In this document: positions 25,868 through 39,300 of the stretch, one piece after another
How the letters are laid out: each line of letters opens with the position of its first letter
How positions within the stretch are numbered: position 1 is the stretch's first letter
NCBI GenBank assembly: GCA_050084985.1
Contig: JBITNC010000001.1
Coordinates: forward strand, 133,920,001 to 133,984,000
Length of the DNA: 64,000 nucleotides
From: Nageia nagi
Lineage: Eukaryota; Plantae; Pinophyta
Direction: 5' to 3'
Made by a program: the position numbers and the translations under genes
The notes under the pieces: generated by a model
The model's database searches: none
Told to the model about the DNA's origin: nothing
Seen by the model: only the letters and a program-made list of their open reading frames with translations

Positions 25868-27729
25868 CAGGAAAGTGAAAAAAAAGTAAAATTCCTATTA
25901 AAAACCCTATAAAACCCTAACCCTAATTTACAAAAAAAATCACAAAATATTCCAAAAATAACAATACCCTTTTGAAGTATAGGCATTGACATTAACATAA
26001 AAAGGAAAACAAAGAATTCCATGGTGAAATTAAAAAAAAAAAGCCAAAAACCCTAACTCTTCAAATGCGTAGTTAGAATTAAAAAACACACAACCGAATC
26101 ACAAGCTCTTGAGAAATCTACGGTAAATTGCTAAAAATCAACAATGAAGCTCTCCAGATTGATGTTGAACCTTCAAATCTTCAAAAACTGACCTAGAGAG
26201 CAAAGGAGACAAAAATGAGAGAGCAAATGAGAGCAAAATGACCAAGAAATAGGGTGACTATCCAAAAAACCTGCCTTTTTTGGCTTTGGTTTGCCAGTTG
26301 CTAGTTAACTGCCGATTACTTGTCGATTGCCGGTTAACCGCCGAGTACTCACCGATTAATCGGAAAAAACTGGCATCGATGAGTTTAGGCCACCGCGGAC
26401 TCAGCAGAGGGGAGATTCATGGGTACCCACGGTTTTTCCTTCACTAGGATTTACTAAATTAGGTGCAAAAATGAGTAATTGAGCACTCCAAGGTGGGATA
26501 CCCTATTCTAGGAAAATGTAGGAGTGATTTATTAGAATTAGGATGTCTTGGTCAGCTATATTGTAATAATAGAATTTTAAAGTCTCTGTTGGATCGACCA
26601 ACCACAAATTAGAAAAGGCTTCTCCCCAAAGAGCACTATAAAATGAAGATGAGTGCATGACTTGAAGATACATCTTTTTATCTTTTGAACCCCCCTTTTG
26701 GAGCGCATGCTTCTCTCTCTTTCTCAAAGGACGAAAACCCTATGAAGAAACCCTATCTTGGAGACAAAAACTCTCGAGTTAACTTTTAGGGCCTATCGCA
26801 TCATATATTCTGAAAATTAACCTTAGATAGCCCTGATGCTGTTCAAGTGAAGATCTACCCTAGTCGTCCAATTTCGAAGGTGAAAGGATCTTGGAATCCG
26901 TTCTGACCCTAGGAAGTGTGATGTCGGCTTCAAGGAGACAGTTTGGTGAATTTCAGAATCTTCATTGTGGTGTGTACTTGGCTCCCTAGTGAGACGTCAC
27001 CCCCTTGGAGACATTTTGAGCTCTTTGAGTCTCATTCTTGGATCCTTGGATTATTTCGGAATTATTGGTATTTATCTCATATTTTGTGTCTCATTGATTC
27101 ATCTTAATTTCGGAATATTTGTGCATGAGTTGGTCACATGGTGTATTTTGCCCTAATTTCTTTAATTTGAGCACTTGCATGAATCATCCCATTTCTAAGG
27201 TTAATTTAGCATTTATTTGAGTTATTTAAATATTCCGCATAAGCTAGGGTATAATTTGGTAATTTTGGAATTTAACCTAAGATTGGAAAAATAAGGTAGA
27301 ATTGGAATTTCTATTTTGCTATAAATTGTGCTTGCCCTAGTTTGAGAATATTACACTAAAAGACATGATGGAGTTCATTTACATGATTGATAACTGACAA
27401 ATACTCATACCTTCGAATGCAACATAATATTCTTAAGCTTGATTGTTTAATGTAATGTTATTATTTCATTCTTACTTACCACAAAACAATTCTTCTACCC
27501 TAGAAATAATGAGTTGTCTCGTATATTCTACAGCTTCAAAAAGAGCAAGTAAATATCAAATCAGGTCATGTTGCTTACATTGTCTTTCAAATGATCCATG
27601 AAAGCGTAGACAAGACTAATGTAAGAAAGGCAAATCTACTCAAGGGAATTCAGAAGCCAAGTGCCTTGACCTAATGAAGGCATAGCATAAAAAAGCTTAG
27701 TGGATGAAACGAATCTTGAATGACCTACG

Positions 27730-28290
27730 ATCATCAAGATCGGTAATTGCACCCACCTAAAAATAAAAGGATTTATAAAAGCATGGAAATCTCCCTTAAC
27801 ACCATCATTATTAAGTAGTCATCGACTTAACATTCTATTTAAACTAAACAATATTGGTGGAAATCGGGTTTATGCATGACAATAGTTAAGCATCATAAAA
27901 ACAAGCACACCTTGATGTTCCTTGCAACTATGCATCACCAATATTAGACTTCAACCAACTTGCTTTCCATCACATAATTTAATTCAAATTTACACCATCA
28001 AAGTCAGTAATTGCACCCAATTAAAATATTGAAGGGTGTATAAAAGCATGAAATCTCCCTAAAAACCATCACTATTAAGTAGTAATCAATTTAACATTCT
28101 ATTTCTATACTAAAAAATTTGTCTGTTTCAATCCTGATTTTATACTTGAAACTGGTGAAAACTGAGTTTAAGCAATGCAATAATTAAGCATCATAAAAAC
28201 AGGCATGCCTTGACGTTCCTTCCAACTAGGCATCACCAATATAAGACTTCAACCAACTTTCTTTCCATAACATAGCTTATTCAAATTTAC
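27730..28290. repeat. Diverged tandem duplication of ~265-295 bp of intron sequence
   Basis: GTAATTGCACCCA..ATAAAAGCATG..TTAAGCATCATAAAAAC..GCATCACCAATAT.AGACTTCAACCAACTT..ATTCAAATTTAC occurs at 27730-27992 and 27996-28290. Confidence 0.85.
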
Positions 28291-29419
28291 TAAAGTATAT
28301 ATCAAATATGAATTCACAAATTAAAGTTTGTTTATAGACTCTGTAGATGCCCAGTCTGTGTCCACTTTTCGTAAATACAAATATTGTTTCTAATATGTGA
28401 CGTATTACAGGAATAGAATATGATGTGATTTGAATGAATATAAAGAGGTGATTGGATCTTAGCTGCTAACAAGAATTGTACCTAACCATGGATAGACACA
28501 TATACAGTGTATGAGCAGTGTACATGTTACACAAAATTCCTATTTTCAGCAGCCAGGACTAGCTGTGATATACTGCGTGTTTTCAATGATATAATATATC
28601 CATTATCTTCCCATTTTGTGTATTATCCATGTTATTTGATGTGTATGTGTTTTGTTGTAGCCATTTTGGTGTCATTTAACTAAAAAGATTCCACAATGTT
28701 CAGATGACAAGTGCAAATGTGCAAGGACCAGGTTCGACATGTCTAACTCCCCATGTCACTATAGCCACCATCTATCCATTATCAAGTAACCTTCAGTTTG
28801 TGATACCAACGATTGAACATCAACAGCCCATCTATTAATATGAGTTGACCATCCATCTTACTATTTTCCCATAATACACAAACAACATAAATTTGAAGAA
28901 AAAAAGGAAAAGACGAGTTATGTTGATGGTATGTATAAGTTGGCCAAGATTTTGGGCAGCTATCAAATCTAGTGGCAATGATATTTCTTGACAAGAGACC
29001 ATACAACAGACCTCCTTAGAGCAGGTCATGAACAACTTTGAATGAAGCAAGTGCATCACGCATGTTCCTTCAGTTGACAATATAGTTGTGCACATATAGT
29101 TCAAGAAAGACCCTCATTGAAGTCCTTAAAAGATTCATGGGGCACATCAGAGCTTGACAATATTTTCTCTTGTAAAACCAAACAACTAACAAAGGACTTG
29201 GCCGGCTGACAAGCAATTACACCATCAGGCAATTAAACTATCACCAAGGGTATCTAATCATCATATGGTAGTTACAGTTAGACCTGCAATTTAACATATT
29301 GTAATATATCTACAAATGTATTTTTGTGAACATTGTAGAAGCTTAAGGTTTTAGGATTCAGAACCTGAAGGCCACTTAGAGAGGTTTTGTCAACTGGTAT
29401 CATTGTTCTCCCTCTCTGC

Positions 29420-32400
29420 TCTCCTCTCCTCTGCAAAGCTTGATGTTGCAGTCTGACTCCGTGACTGCTACAGTGACCACGTACTCTACAACAATGCTAC
29501 AGAACTCTGATACACTGCAGTTGAAATCAGCTAGTGGGAATCTACAGTCCGTTGAGATGCTGCAGTCAGCTACCGTCCTCAAAATGCCGCAATCCATCCT
29601 CACAACTCCACTCGTTTGGAACAGACAAACAGAATTCCCGAATCTAGTTTTACAACTCCAACAACAATTGCTCCATAAAGACTATCATCTCTGACCTCAA
29701 AGCCAGACTTGACAGAATTGAAACAGTTCAGACCCTCACAGCAAGCCATATTTCTCAGCAGAAAGTATCCCTTCTGGATCTTCTTCCACATCACCCATTG
29801 ATGCCTTGCAAGAAGAGTTGTCCTCTCTTAAAAGAGAATTCCTAGCTAGTAAAGAATCCCATGAGTCTCTCACAGAGAAAATTCATTCACAAAATTCTTA
29901 GCTGATGTAGTCTGAGGTTCCACACCGACACCTCTCATTGAAACAGCCAGCAAAGAAAATTTGTATGAGGAACATCATAGGCAGGTAAAACCCCTCAACC
30001 TGTGTATCCGAGGATTAACGACAGGAGACAATTCTACAGCTAGTCTCTACTATCCTCCACTTTATCCATGATACCTTAGGCTTTCCAACAGGTCCTGTCG
30101 ACAATGTTTGGATTGCCAAGGATTCCTCTTTAATTGTCCATCTCCATTCAGCAGAAAACAAACTTTCCATCTTGGGAGGTAAGAAGATCCTCTCCTCCCT
30201 CCCAGTTCAAATCTTTGTTGATGAGGATCTCACCTGTCAACAATCCCAAGAATTAGCTTCAGCCAGGAAAGAAGTCATTGTTGGAACGAAACTAGGAAAT
30301 GGGCTATCATTCAAAATTGTCGGGCCTAGATTAGAGATACTCCTATAGGCTGGTCTAAATCTTGCCCCCTTCCTTAGCTGCCAAATGGCACCCAACAGGG
30401 CTTTCCTCTGAATTCTCAGCACTTAAAATCACATGTTGGAATTGCAACGAGATGCTTTGGTCTTCAACCAGTTCAATTCATGACATCATACAATAGTCAG
30501 ATTTGATTCTCTTCTCCAAGACACATGAGAGCCCTATTAAGAGGCTCCTTCCCTTCTCAGGTTTTACTTGGATCTCCACCTACGGGACTTTAGGCCTAAA
30601 AAGTTTCAGTAGTCCAGATTCAAAAGGGGTGACCTTTCTTATTAGAGATTGTTTACTCCCTAGGATCTACACAGAGGCTATTGACATACATGCTCGCTAC
30701 ATATGGATCTCTTTGGCAAGGGCCCCACCCTTGCAGATATTATATAACGTTGAATGCTACTTTCCACTTGTAGCCTTGAGCTACGCTTTCCAGGACCCAA
30801 GAGAGTCCCTCTGTATTGATATCTCCCCAGAGATTATCAGCTACTCCATTCGAGGAGAGCTTATGTTGATAGACAATTTCAATGGTAGGATAGGGAGTTT
30901 ACAGACCCAATTCTTTGATAGCATTACAGATCTATTACATGCACTTGATCGTCCTCTTCTTTTCCAAAGAGAATCAACAGACTTCATACCCCCCTTAGGT
31001 TATGGGAGATTCCTTCTTGAGCTAGGAGAGACTCACAATCTTTTCATTCTCAATGGTATGGCTTGGTTCCACCAATATCATCACCACACTTGCTTTCCCC
31101 ATGCAAAAGGTTCTAATGTTGTTGATTACATCCTTTCCAACCCCTCACTCAACCCACACCTCCAACTTGCGAATCATGCTCACCTCATCTTATATCTATC
31201 ATGTCACCTTACGTTATCCCCCATCACCATGCCCATCCCTTGAACGACCATCCTATTTCATTCGGACCATGTTCCTCTCTATATCCTATAGTAGAAACTC
31301 ATTGACCTCCATTCCCTCCCCTCAGTTGAGGACCAAGCACTATTTCTAGTCGACTTTCTTCACTTAATGGCCCTCTAGGCCTTTCCACACAAATTTAGCC
31401 CCCCCCCTCTTGCTTTTGTACACCAAAACACTACCCGATGAACCTCTGGTTCGATTTTGATTGTAAGGATTCTCGTTGTCGCCTCTGACAATCCATTGCA
31501 TTAAACCCCAGCTCCTCCTCCACTCACTCACTCCATTGATCCTTAGGATTAAGAAACGTCACTTCTTAGCCAAAAGGAGATTCGAGGTCATTGCTTCCCT
31601 CCACACCAATCCCAAATCCTTTTGGCACTCCTTACTACCCAAGAAACATATACAAGTTCCATCTCTCTTCATTCTTCGAAGGAGAGTGCCTCTAGCCTCT
31701 ACACTATCATCGATCAGGCCCCACCCATCTATTTCTCCCAACCTCCTACTTTAGACTTCTTCCCCCCACCCCTGCCCCCCCTCATCCATTCGACCATGAA
31801 GAGACTTAACTCAAGAAAAGCCCCCGACATTGAAAATCTCCAAGTTGAGTTCCTCGAGCATGCCAAACACACCCTCCCACCCTTCATCTCAAAGCTTTTC
31901 AACAATGTTATATCCGCAAGTTGTCCATCTTCTTGGACCTCCAACATCATCCACCCATCTTCAAATTCGATGATTCCAACAAATGGAGCAATTACATGAG
32001 TGGCCAAACCATATGCCATGATCATTAAGGAGTACATTTCTCAGACGAAAGACATTAGGGGGTCCCAAAAAACAGGCCAGGCAAGCTTTCGCAAAGACCA
32101 TCGCACCATTGATCATATTTTCACTCTCATGGTGATTATTAAGGAGGCTATCTCCCGCAATTCTCTAGTCTTTTGTTGTTTTGTAGACTTCAAGAAAGCC
32201 TTCAACAATGTTTGCACTCCAAAGGGACACTCATATAGTATTATTAGCACAATTGAGGAGAAGCAAGGTTGCCCTCTCTCCCCAATTTTATTTGGCCTTT
32301 ACATTGATGAGATAGAGTCCTTCGAGACTACTGATCTTAAGTTAGGTTGCCTCCTTCACAATACTTGAGTGTCCATTCTATTCTTTGCGAATGACATTGT

Positions 32401-32683
32401 TCTACTTTCGCACTTAGTCGAGGGTGTACAAGGCTTGATAAACACCTAAGAGACTTTTAGCGCTTGATACGAGCTTGTAGTGAACCTTAGCAAGACTAAG
32501 GTAGTCACCTTCAATGTGTCGAGAACCACACTGGATCGAACCTAGATCACCTTTCATGATAGTATCATTGAGACCACCTCATCCTATACATACTTGGGAG
32601 TTTTCTTCTCGGGTCCCAAGTTCTCCATGAGGATAGCAACATCTCCCAAAAATCATCGAGCCTAGATAGTAGTATCCACCTTT
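29420..32683 (+). mobile_element. Degenerate non-LTR retrotransposon (RTE/RTEX-like LINE): ORF1 remnant, AP endonuclease, RT; interrupted by element E
   Basis: ORF1-like LCIRG and IFVDEDLT. Endonuclease WNCN..THE..CYFP..DNFNGRIG..SNVVDYIL. RT KAPDIENL, QASFRKDHRTIDHIFTL, CFVDFKKAF, KQGCPLSPILFGLYID, FANDIVLL. Many stops; a short continuation probably follows 49568. Confidence 0.88.
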
Positions 32684-33307
32684 TGTTGGAACTTGAGCTC
32701 AATCGAAGACCATTCAAGTTGAAGATCAACTAGACTTGCAAAACAAATCTATCAACTTTGAGAAGGCATAACTTTTTACTGAGACATCCAATTGAGCTGA
32801 TTCTTTTTGCATTGGATAGTGCTCAAAGATACCTTTCCAACAAGTATATGCATGCCTACCTTTGTTGAAGGTTTGACAATCATATTGGATGTTTCCTGAC
32901 AAAATGTCCACAACATTGTGCTTTCAACCTTCTACATCCCAAGTGCAGTGCGCCTCACTCTAGATGCAATGTGCTCCAATACCAGGTGCAATGCGCCTAC
33001 AAACAGAGCTTGCAAACCTATTTTTAGCGTGTGCGGGATGTCATTTTTCCATCTTCCAGTTTAGATTAGATGTTTCTATTTTGGATGTTAGTTTTACCTA
33101 GTTTTTATTTAGTATGATAGGGTATTTTTAGAACATCTAGTTAGCTTTTTGGATTGGATTATAACAAGTTGTGATCATGTAACTTGAGTTTTTGTTTAGC
33201 ATAGTCTATTTCCGGGTTTGTCTAAAACCTTTATATGTGATGATTTCGTTTTTCAAATCAATGAAAATAAAATACTTCTCATTGTGGTATCAAAGCTTTA
33301 GGAAGAT

Positions 33308-34355
33308 TGTAAGATCCCAATCACAAACTCAAGTGCAAATTAGCAATTTCAACCAAGCAAACACCCACATCTGGCCTAGAAGTGCAAATACAAGCTTCAA
33401 CTACCTCACAATTGCAACATTAGCTCTAAGGCATCAAATAAAAGCTTAAATAACATACTAATGCCAACTTCTCGCTCATACATGCATAAATGGACAATTA
33501 CACCACAACGATGCAATAATAGACAAGTACACAAGATAATATAAGACCCAAATGCCCAATGGTTGTATTAATAGTGTACAATGAACAATGATACAATAAC
33601 AGGCTCACAAGGCTCAACGTTGGCCTCCAAGGAGCCAACTAGGGCACAATGTTTAGACAAATGTGATAAATGCTGGAATGGCGAAACAATGGATGGGACA
33701 ACCTCACTCCCTCCAAGCCTAGATGCTCTATTGTACAACTCCCATGCCTGGAAACCACTAACCTCGGAATACTACTAAATGGACTAAGAAGTTGCACCTT
33801 AGTTGTAGATCAATAGGATCCCTCAACCTATTAACCCTCTTAAATGTTGCACCTAGGGATGTGCTTGACAATGCGCCAAGACTTTTGTGTCCACTGGACG
33901 GTATGAGCAATAATATCAAATCACTATATCCAGCAACGATGCTCCAAGGCCTAATATAGCTCACACTAGATATGGATCGCACCTAGCCTTAGTGGTCCAA
34001 CGTTGGCTTCCTAAAAACCCCACAAACCCCAACGATGGTGCCTAGGGGTCACTCCAAACCCAACATGGATATATGTGCCTTCCTTATGCTCCACGTGTAT
34101 CCGTAAGCTCAATGTGGGTCTAAGAGGGCATGCATGGGTGTCATGGTCCAATGTGGGGGTCTAGGAGTCTCCCCAAGGTTGGCGCAAGTGTACAACTGCT
34201 CCCAATCTCAACGTTGGGGCCATTAGGTGATTATCCATGCTCTACTGGAGTCTAAGTGCTAAATAAGCCTTGGGATTCCCACAATCACTTTTCAGGATCT
34301 CCAAGTACATAAAGTCACACTAATCTACACTTGGGAGGGAGACATCCCACTTGGG
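33308..34355. mobile_element. Family-A LTR, truncated on the right by element B
   Basis: Starts TGTAAGATCCC and aligns with the 8360 and 59500 copies up to GGGAGACATCCCACTTGGG; it does not resume after B. Confidence 0.82.
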
Positions 34356-35439
34356 TTAAAGTTTTTGGGTGCATAACCTCAAGGGTTTGGTCTGGTCATG
34401 TTCTCCATTGCCCGCAACAGTAGGTTCCTTTAAAGAGCAGAAAGTGTTGGGGATGCGCTCGTGTTGGTTTTTTTGCTCAATCTCCGATTTATAGGCCGAT
34501 TCCTATCTATATTTAAGGTCAAAAGTAAAAGGAAAAAAATAAAAAGATGAAGAGTTACAAGAAAGAGAAGTAAATAAACAACTAAAACAGAAAATTTACA
34601 ACCCGGGCATTGCAACGCAAGCACCAATCCATAGCCAAGATTAAGAATAGTAAACTATCTCGCACATGGGGTCTCGCAATCACAATACACAGCCACAATT
34701 TGAAGAAAACATTTCACACATAACATTCACAAAAGTAATAACAACCATTTTGTTGCAAGAGGCCAAAGCATTGTCTGTTTGTATTATCATATGTGAATAG
34801 CTCTCACAGATTTGGGCAAATTTGCTAAAATGTTCAACTTTTTTAATTTCTAAAAGCTAGCTATGTATGCAACTTCCTCCCTCCTTGGATGGTTGAGTTT
34901 CATTATATACATAACTGCTAGCATTGAATGAAACAACTAAAACAACACTATTTACATAAATGCTACAACTGTGCTAGATTACACAGTGGATAAGTACTAA
35001 TCAACATAACTGTAGTTTCTGAACAACCATGTCCATAGAGCCGTAATCCTTCTGACATGTCGTTGGCTGTTCCTTTTTTGGTCCTATAGCTGATTGAAGA
35101 TAGCACTGTAGCTGATTGAGTGGTTATTTGATTGCAATTTGATTGGTATGATTTGGTATTATGCTTTGTCAACCACTATCTGCTTCTCTGCAATCTTTAT
35201 GATCTCTACTGTGGATGTCAGTAATCAGAGCAACAATGGTTGATAGACATTATGTTCACTTGATTCAAGAACTGCCACTATTATGTGGAAATGACTCGAT
35301 GTCGACACATTAACAGGGCTCCGGGGGTCAAACACTTAAGATGAAGTGGACCCAAGTGTTCTTTCTCATGCATTACTCTTACACTTGCTTGGCAGGCTCT
35401 ATGTTCTTCTTCCATGCTCTGTCGATGATCAGATTCTAC

Positions 35440-35815
35440 CAGGACCCGTTGATTTTCACCAAAAAATGTGACATCTTTCAAAATCAACAGGCTTTATTGA
35501 TATTCTGATTCTGTCGGGACCCGCTGATTTTCACCAAAAATCATGACATCATCACTCAAAATCAACGAGCTCTATTGATATTCTGGCTCCTCCAGGACCC
35601 GCTGATTTATACCAAAAAATGTAACATCATGTCTCAAAATCACCGAGCTTTGTTGATGTTCTGATTCCGTCGGGACCGCTAATTTTCACCAAAAAAACCT
35701 AACATCATCACTCAAAATCGGCGGGCTCTTAATGTTTTGGCTCCTCTGAGGGTCGCTGATTTTTACCAAAAAATGTGATGCCATGTCTCAAAATCACCGG
35801 TCTCTGTTGATGATC
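35440..35815. repeat. ~78-bp tandem repeat x5 inside the left LTR of B
   Basis: GGACCCGCTGATTTTCACCAAAAA-like motif at about 35442, 35517, 35596, 35672 and 35750. Confidence 0.9.
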
Positions 35816-36359
35816 CTTTTAAAAATCTAGCTCTGAATTTATGCAAGTCTTGGACACTTGTGTCAACAATTCCAAAGGTCTTAAGGCAATAAACATAATT
35901 CCCGGATAGTCTTGTATACATGACTTGGGTACTTTTTGACAATTCTTTCAAGTACTTTGAAAGAAGATGACATAACTCCCAGGTACACTTAACTCTCGGG
36001 CACTAACGAATAAAAGAATAATCAATGACATGTCTCCTATCGACATAACTCCTGGGTATTCTTATTCACATAATTCCCAGGTACTAACAAAACAATATGA
36101 CTCCAGAGTATTATTATATATATGACTCCTGAGACTCTAAGGGGAACTAATGAGAAGAGAAGGGATTAATAAATATGAAAGAATACAAAATTTCACAACT
36201 CATGGAGAATAAGAGAATGATATCCCTCCCAAGCATTTTTATATACACAACTCTTGGGGACCAAAGAATAAAGAATAGAGAATGAAGAATAATAGAATTA
36301 CCTCGATTTAGAGTGTAATTCTAAAAGAATACAATCTTCTGGCGGCTCTTTAGGGTCTC

Positions 36360-39300
36360 TGCCTGCTAGAGAATAGGACCCTTCAACTATTGCTCTTAGT
36401 GGCTTGCCCAGAAGTGGACTTGGTTGCGGTCTCAATTGCTACCATCATGTCTAGTGGGAGGAATGGCTGCATCCTTTTATTCAGATCACTTAGATCTTTT
36501 CTATGTCTACTCTGAACCCTGCCAAGACACTATTCAGCCTTCCAGAATGTAAAAATTTTATAATGGCTTCTTGAGCTAACTCATTTATTTGTTGTAAGTT
36601 TGAGATTTGTTTCTCAGAAAAATATTGTTCCAAGAATTGAATGGTATTAGCTATCCAATTGGCAGCACTACCCTGTACATTCTGTTCTTCCCACAATTTG
36701 GGAGCTTTCATTTCAATTAAAGAATTTGTTAATGAATCTCAGCTTTGTTGCGAGCTAGTGTTTATTTATGTCCATGTTAAATACCAAACTTTGGAGTTCA
36801 CAAATTTCTTGAATCCTCTTCTGATATGACTAATTTGGCTTGGAAGAGACTGTTGCGAACTCTTTTTCAGTCAAAATTCTCAATCGAACCTACATCCTTT
36901 CTAAAATTACTCTGGGTATATCCAAAGCTAGCTTATAAAGAGTATTTTGAACATAGAATTCTTTGATGGCCTATATAGCTTCCTCCTTGAGCAGATGCAA
37001 GTGAGATAATGTTATCATTTTATCGCCAACTTGCTCCACTAATGATTTTCTGAAGTTCTTCATAAGCAATAACAGCTTTGCATTGTCATCTGATAGAACT
37101 TTATTTGTTGTGCTGACAGTCTGCATCTCGGCCTCAACCTGTTTGGTCTACTGAGCATCGATGACTGCAGCCTGAGCTTTGAGCTCTTCTATCATTTGAT
37201 TTGCAACATCTAACTCGGCTTTTGATGTTGTCATGCTCTTATCAAACTCTGTTTTCTGTTTATCAAGCTTTGCAATCAATTCTTTATTCTTATTCTACAA
37301 CCCAACTACTGTTTTATTTTTAAGAGCAATTTTTTTAAACTGATCAATTTTCTTATTCAATTTCTGTATCTTAGTCTCCATTGCTTGAAGACTTTTGCCA
37401 ACCACCATTGAAGTATTTACAAGAAACATGGACTGGTCAATAGTTGGTGCACTCTGCATATTTACATCTATTATTGCCGTGGGAGTAAAATCCAACTGCC
37501 CTTCTTTGAAAAGCATCTGTGCAATTTTAATATCTCCCGTCTCTGTTACTTTACTCAAAATTCTCGACTGTTGCTCAGGGAGTACAGGAGATTTATTAAC
37601 AAAAGTTGCCCAATCAATGGGCTCTACAATTTGTGTAGAAAAAATTGACTTTATTTCCTCTTGCAAGACTGTAGGAATAAAAGAATGGGTAGATATAACT
37701 CCACCTGCTATAACTGTTTCAATTTGTTCAATAGGTTGGGGCTGTCGGGGAGGTGTCAACTGTTGGACTTCTGGTTTAGGCTCGGCTTCTTCCATGGCCT
37801 CACCTTGTTCTTCAGGCTTATCCATTGGGCCAAAGTCCTTTTTTCCGGATTCATTGTCATCATCACCATCTCTCAGTCCTCCTCCGGGTGCAACTACTGC
37901 TATCCTACTGGCTTCAGGTATACTTCCCTTGCTTTGTTGAGTTTGGCTTTATCCCTCTTCCGGGGTTTCTGTTTGTTTTGGTGCTTAAGCTTCTTCTAGA
38001 ACATTGGTATTTGTATCCTGAGGCTCTTTGAACTCTTCTATATCAAAAATTTCAATTTCTTTTATTACCACCTTTGGGACTTCTTCTATTGCCTCCGAAG
38101 GCGAAGGTACAGTTCTTTGTGACTGTGACCTTGCTGTAGTCGACCAGGGCTTTTTTACGAGCTTTTGTTTCTTCTCCAATATCTGTTGGCTTTGAGCAAG
38201 ACTTTGAACTTCTCTTTTCTTTTTGGGAGAAAGTTCCCAAGAAGAGGTAGTGGTGTTCGAAGGGTTTTGTTCTCCCTTCTTTGGAGTTTCAACCATGCCA
38301 GATGGTTCTTCTGTTTGTACTGACCTCGCCTCTGCAGGGTTTCCCACAAAAATGAGGAAGAGGCTATCCCAACTTTGGCAAAGGATCCTTGGAATACTCA
38401 GCTTCCCAATAATTATCATATTTGAATTTTTCAAACAATTCACTCTCAATATGGTGAATTTTTGTAATTTGAATCTTGTAAAATAATGAATTTTATTGGT
38501 ACCCTGCCTAAGATATGCTAATTGGGTGAGGACCTTTGGGTTGAGGACTAAATCTTGCCTCTTATTTTCTCAGTTCCTATACTTTTTTATTCCTTCCAAG
38601 GCCATGCAGGCCTTATTCAAGGGTACAAATTCCCAATCTGGGTACATTTCTGCCTCCTGCTCAGTTTTATTTACAAAATTTTCTATATGGGGCCTACTGC
38701 CATGGACAAATGTTGGACGTTTTTGCTAGACCTTATTTTTTAGGTCATCTCCCCTAATGGGTCATACATCCATGCAGTTTCCACCTTATTCAATTTGAAA
38801 TTCTATACAATGAATTGGACCGTACTATCTTTACATCATATCTCTAAAAAAGTAAAATTCTCAGTAGAAGCCGGTATATCTACAATAGACTTAAAGTTAC
38901 CCCAGACCCATATTTACTTTCTATGGCACAAATCTGTCTACCCATCTCTATTGAATACAACCGAAAGGTAACATATTTAGGCAAAAAGAAAGGTCTCTCA
39001 AAATACCCATACCTGATTATTACGGTGCAGCTTCTCAAGAAGTACCAGTCACCAATTTAATTTTCTAATTGTAGCTCCCTCATTGTACTTTTGCGAAGCC
39101 TACTGGGGATTTTTCCAATCAAAATTTTTACTGCAGTTGCATAGGACATATCCATGAACTCGTAGTAGGATCCATGCAACTTGGTCAAAATTGGCACCAT
39201 TAGGTCAATTGGTACCGGCGCAGCACTGGAACTGATCGGCTCAACTCAGAGCCCCGCCTCTATGAGTTTGTCCAGATTTTGATGGACAAAGAGCCATCAA

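Larger units (their letters stand above)
22906..26446 (-). mobile_element. hAT DNA transposon, 3,541 bp, inserted in the 3' LTR of C
   Basis: Perfect 8-bp TSD GGATTTAC (22898-22905 and 26447-26454); a single copy marks the empty site in the 5' LTR (11847-11854). Imperfect TIRs CAAGGTTGGAAAACTC / GGTTTTTCCTTCACTA, with GC-rich subterminal repeats. Confidence 0.93.
11468..27355 (+). mobile_element. LTR retrotransposon C, non-autonomous/LARD-like; 5' LTR 11468-16404 and 3' LTR 22528-27355, both interrupted
   Basis: Paired ~1.3-kb LTRs with T(G/A)TAATATT..AATATTACA termini. iMet PBS TGGTATCAAAGC at 16406-16417, purine tract GGAGGGGTGGA before 22528, and TSD CTGAA/CTAAA. No gag-pol of its own was recognised. 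Confidence 0.9.

Noticed and set aside
28700-29150. Possible gene or transposase fragment on the minus strand
   Set aside because: Coding-like composition, but it contains stops and no motif I can recognise; needs BLASTX.
35440-35815. Repeat-spacer array in the LTRs of B
   Set aside because: The units are homologous along their full length; this is an ordinary LTR tandem repeat present in both LTRs.
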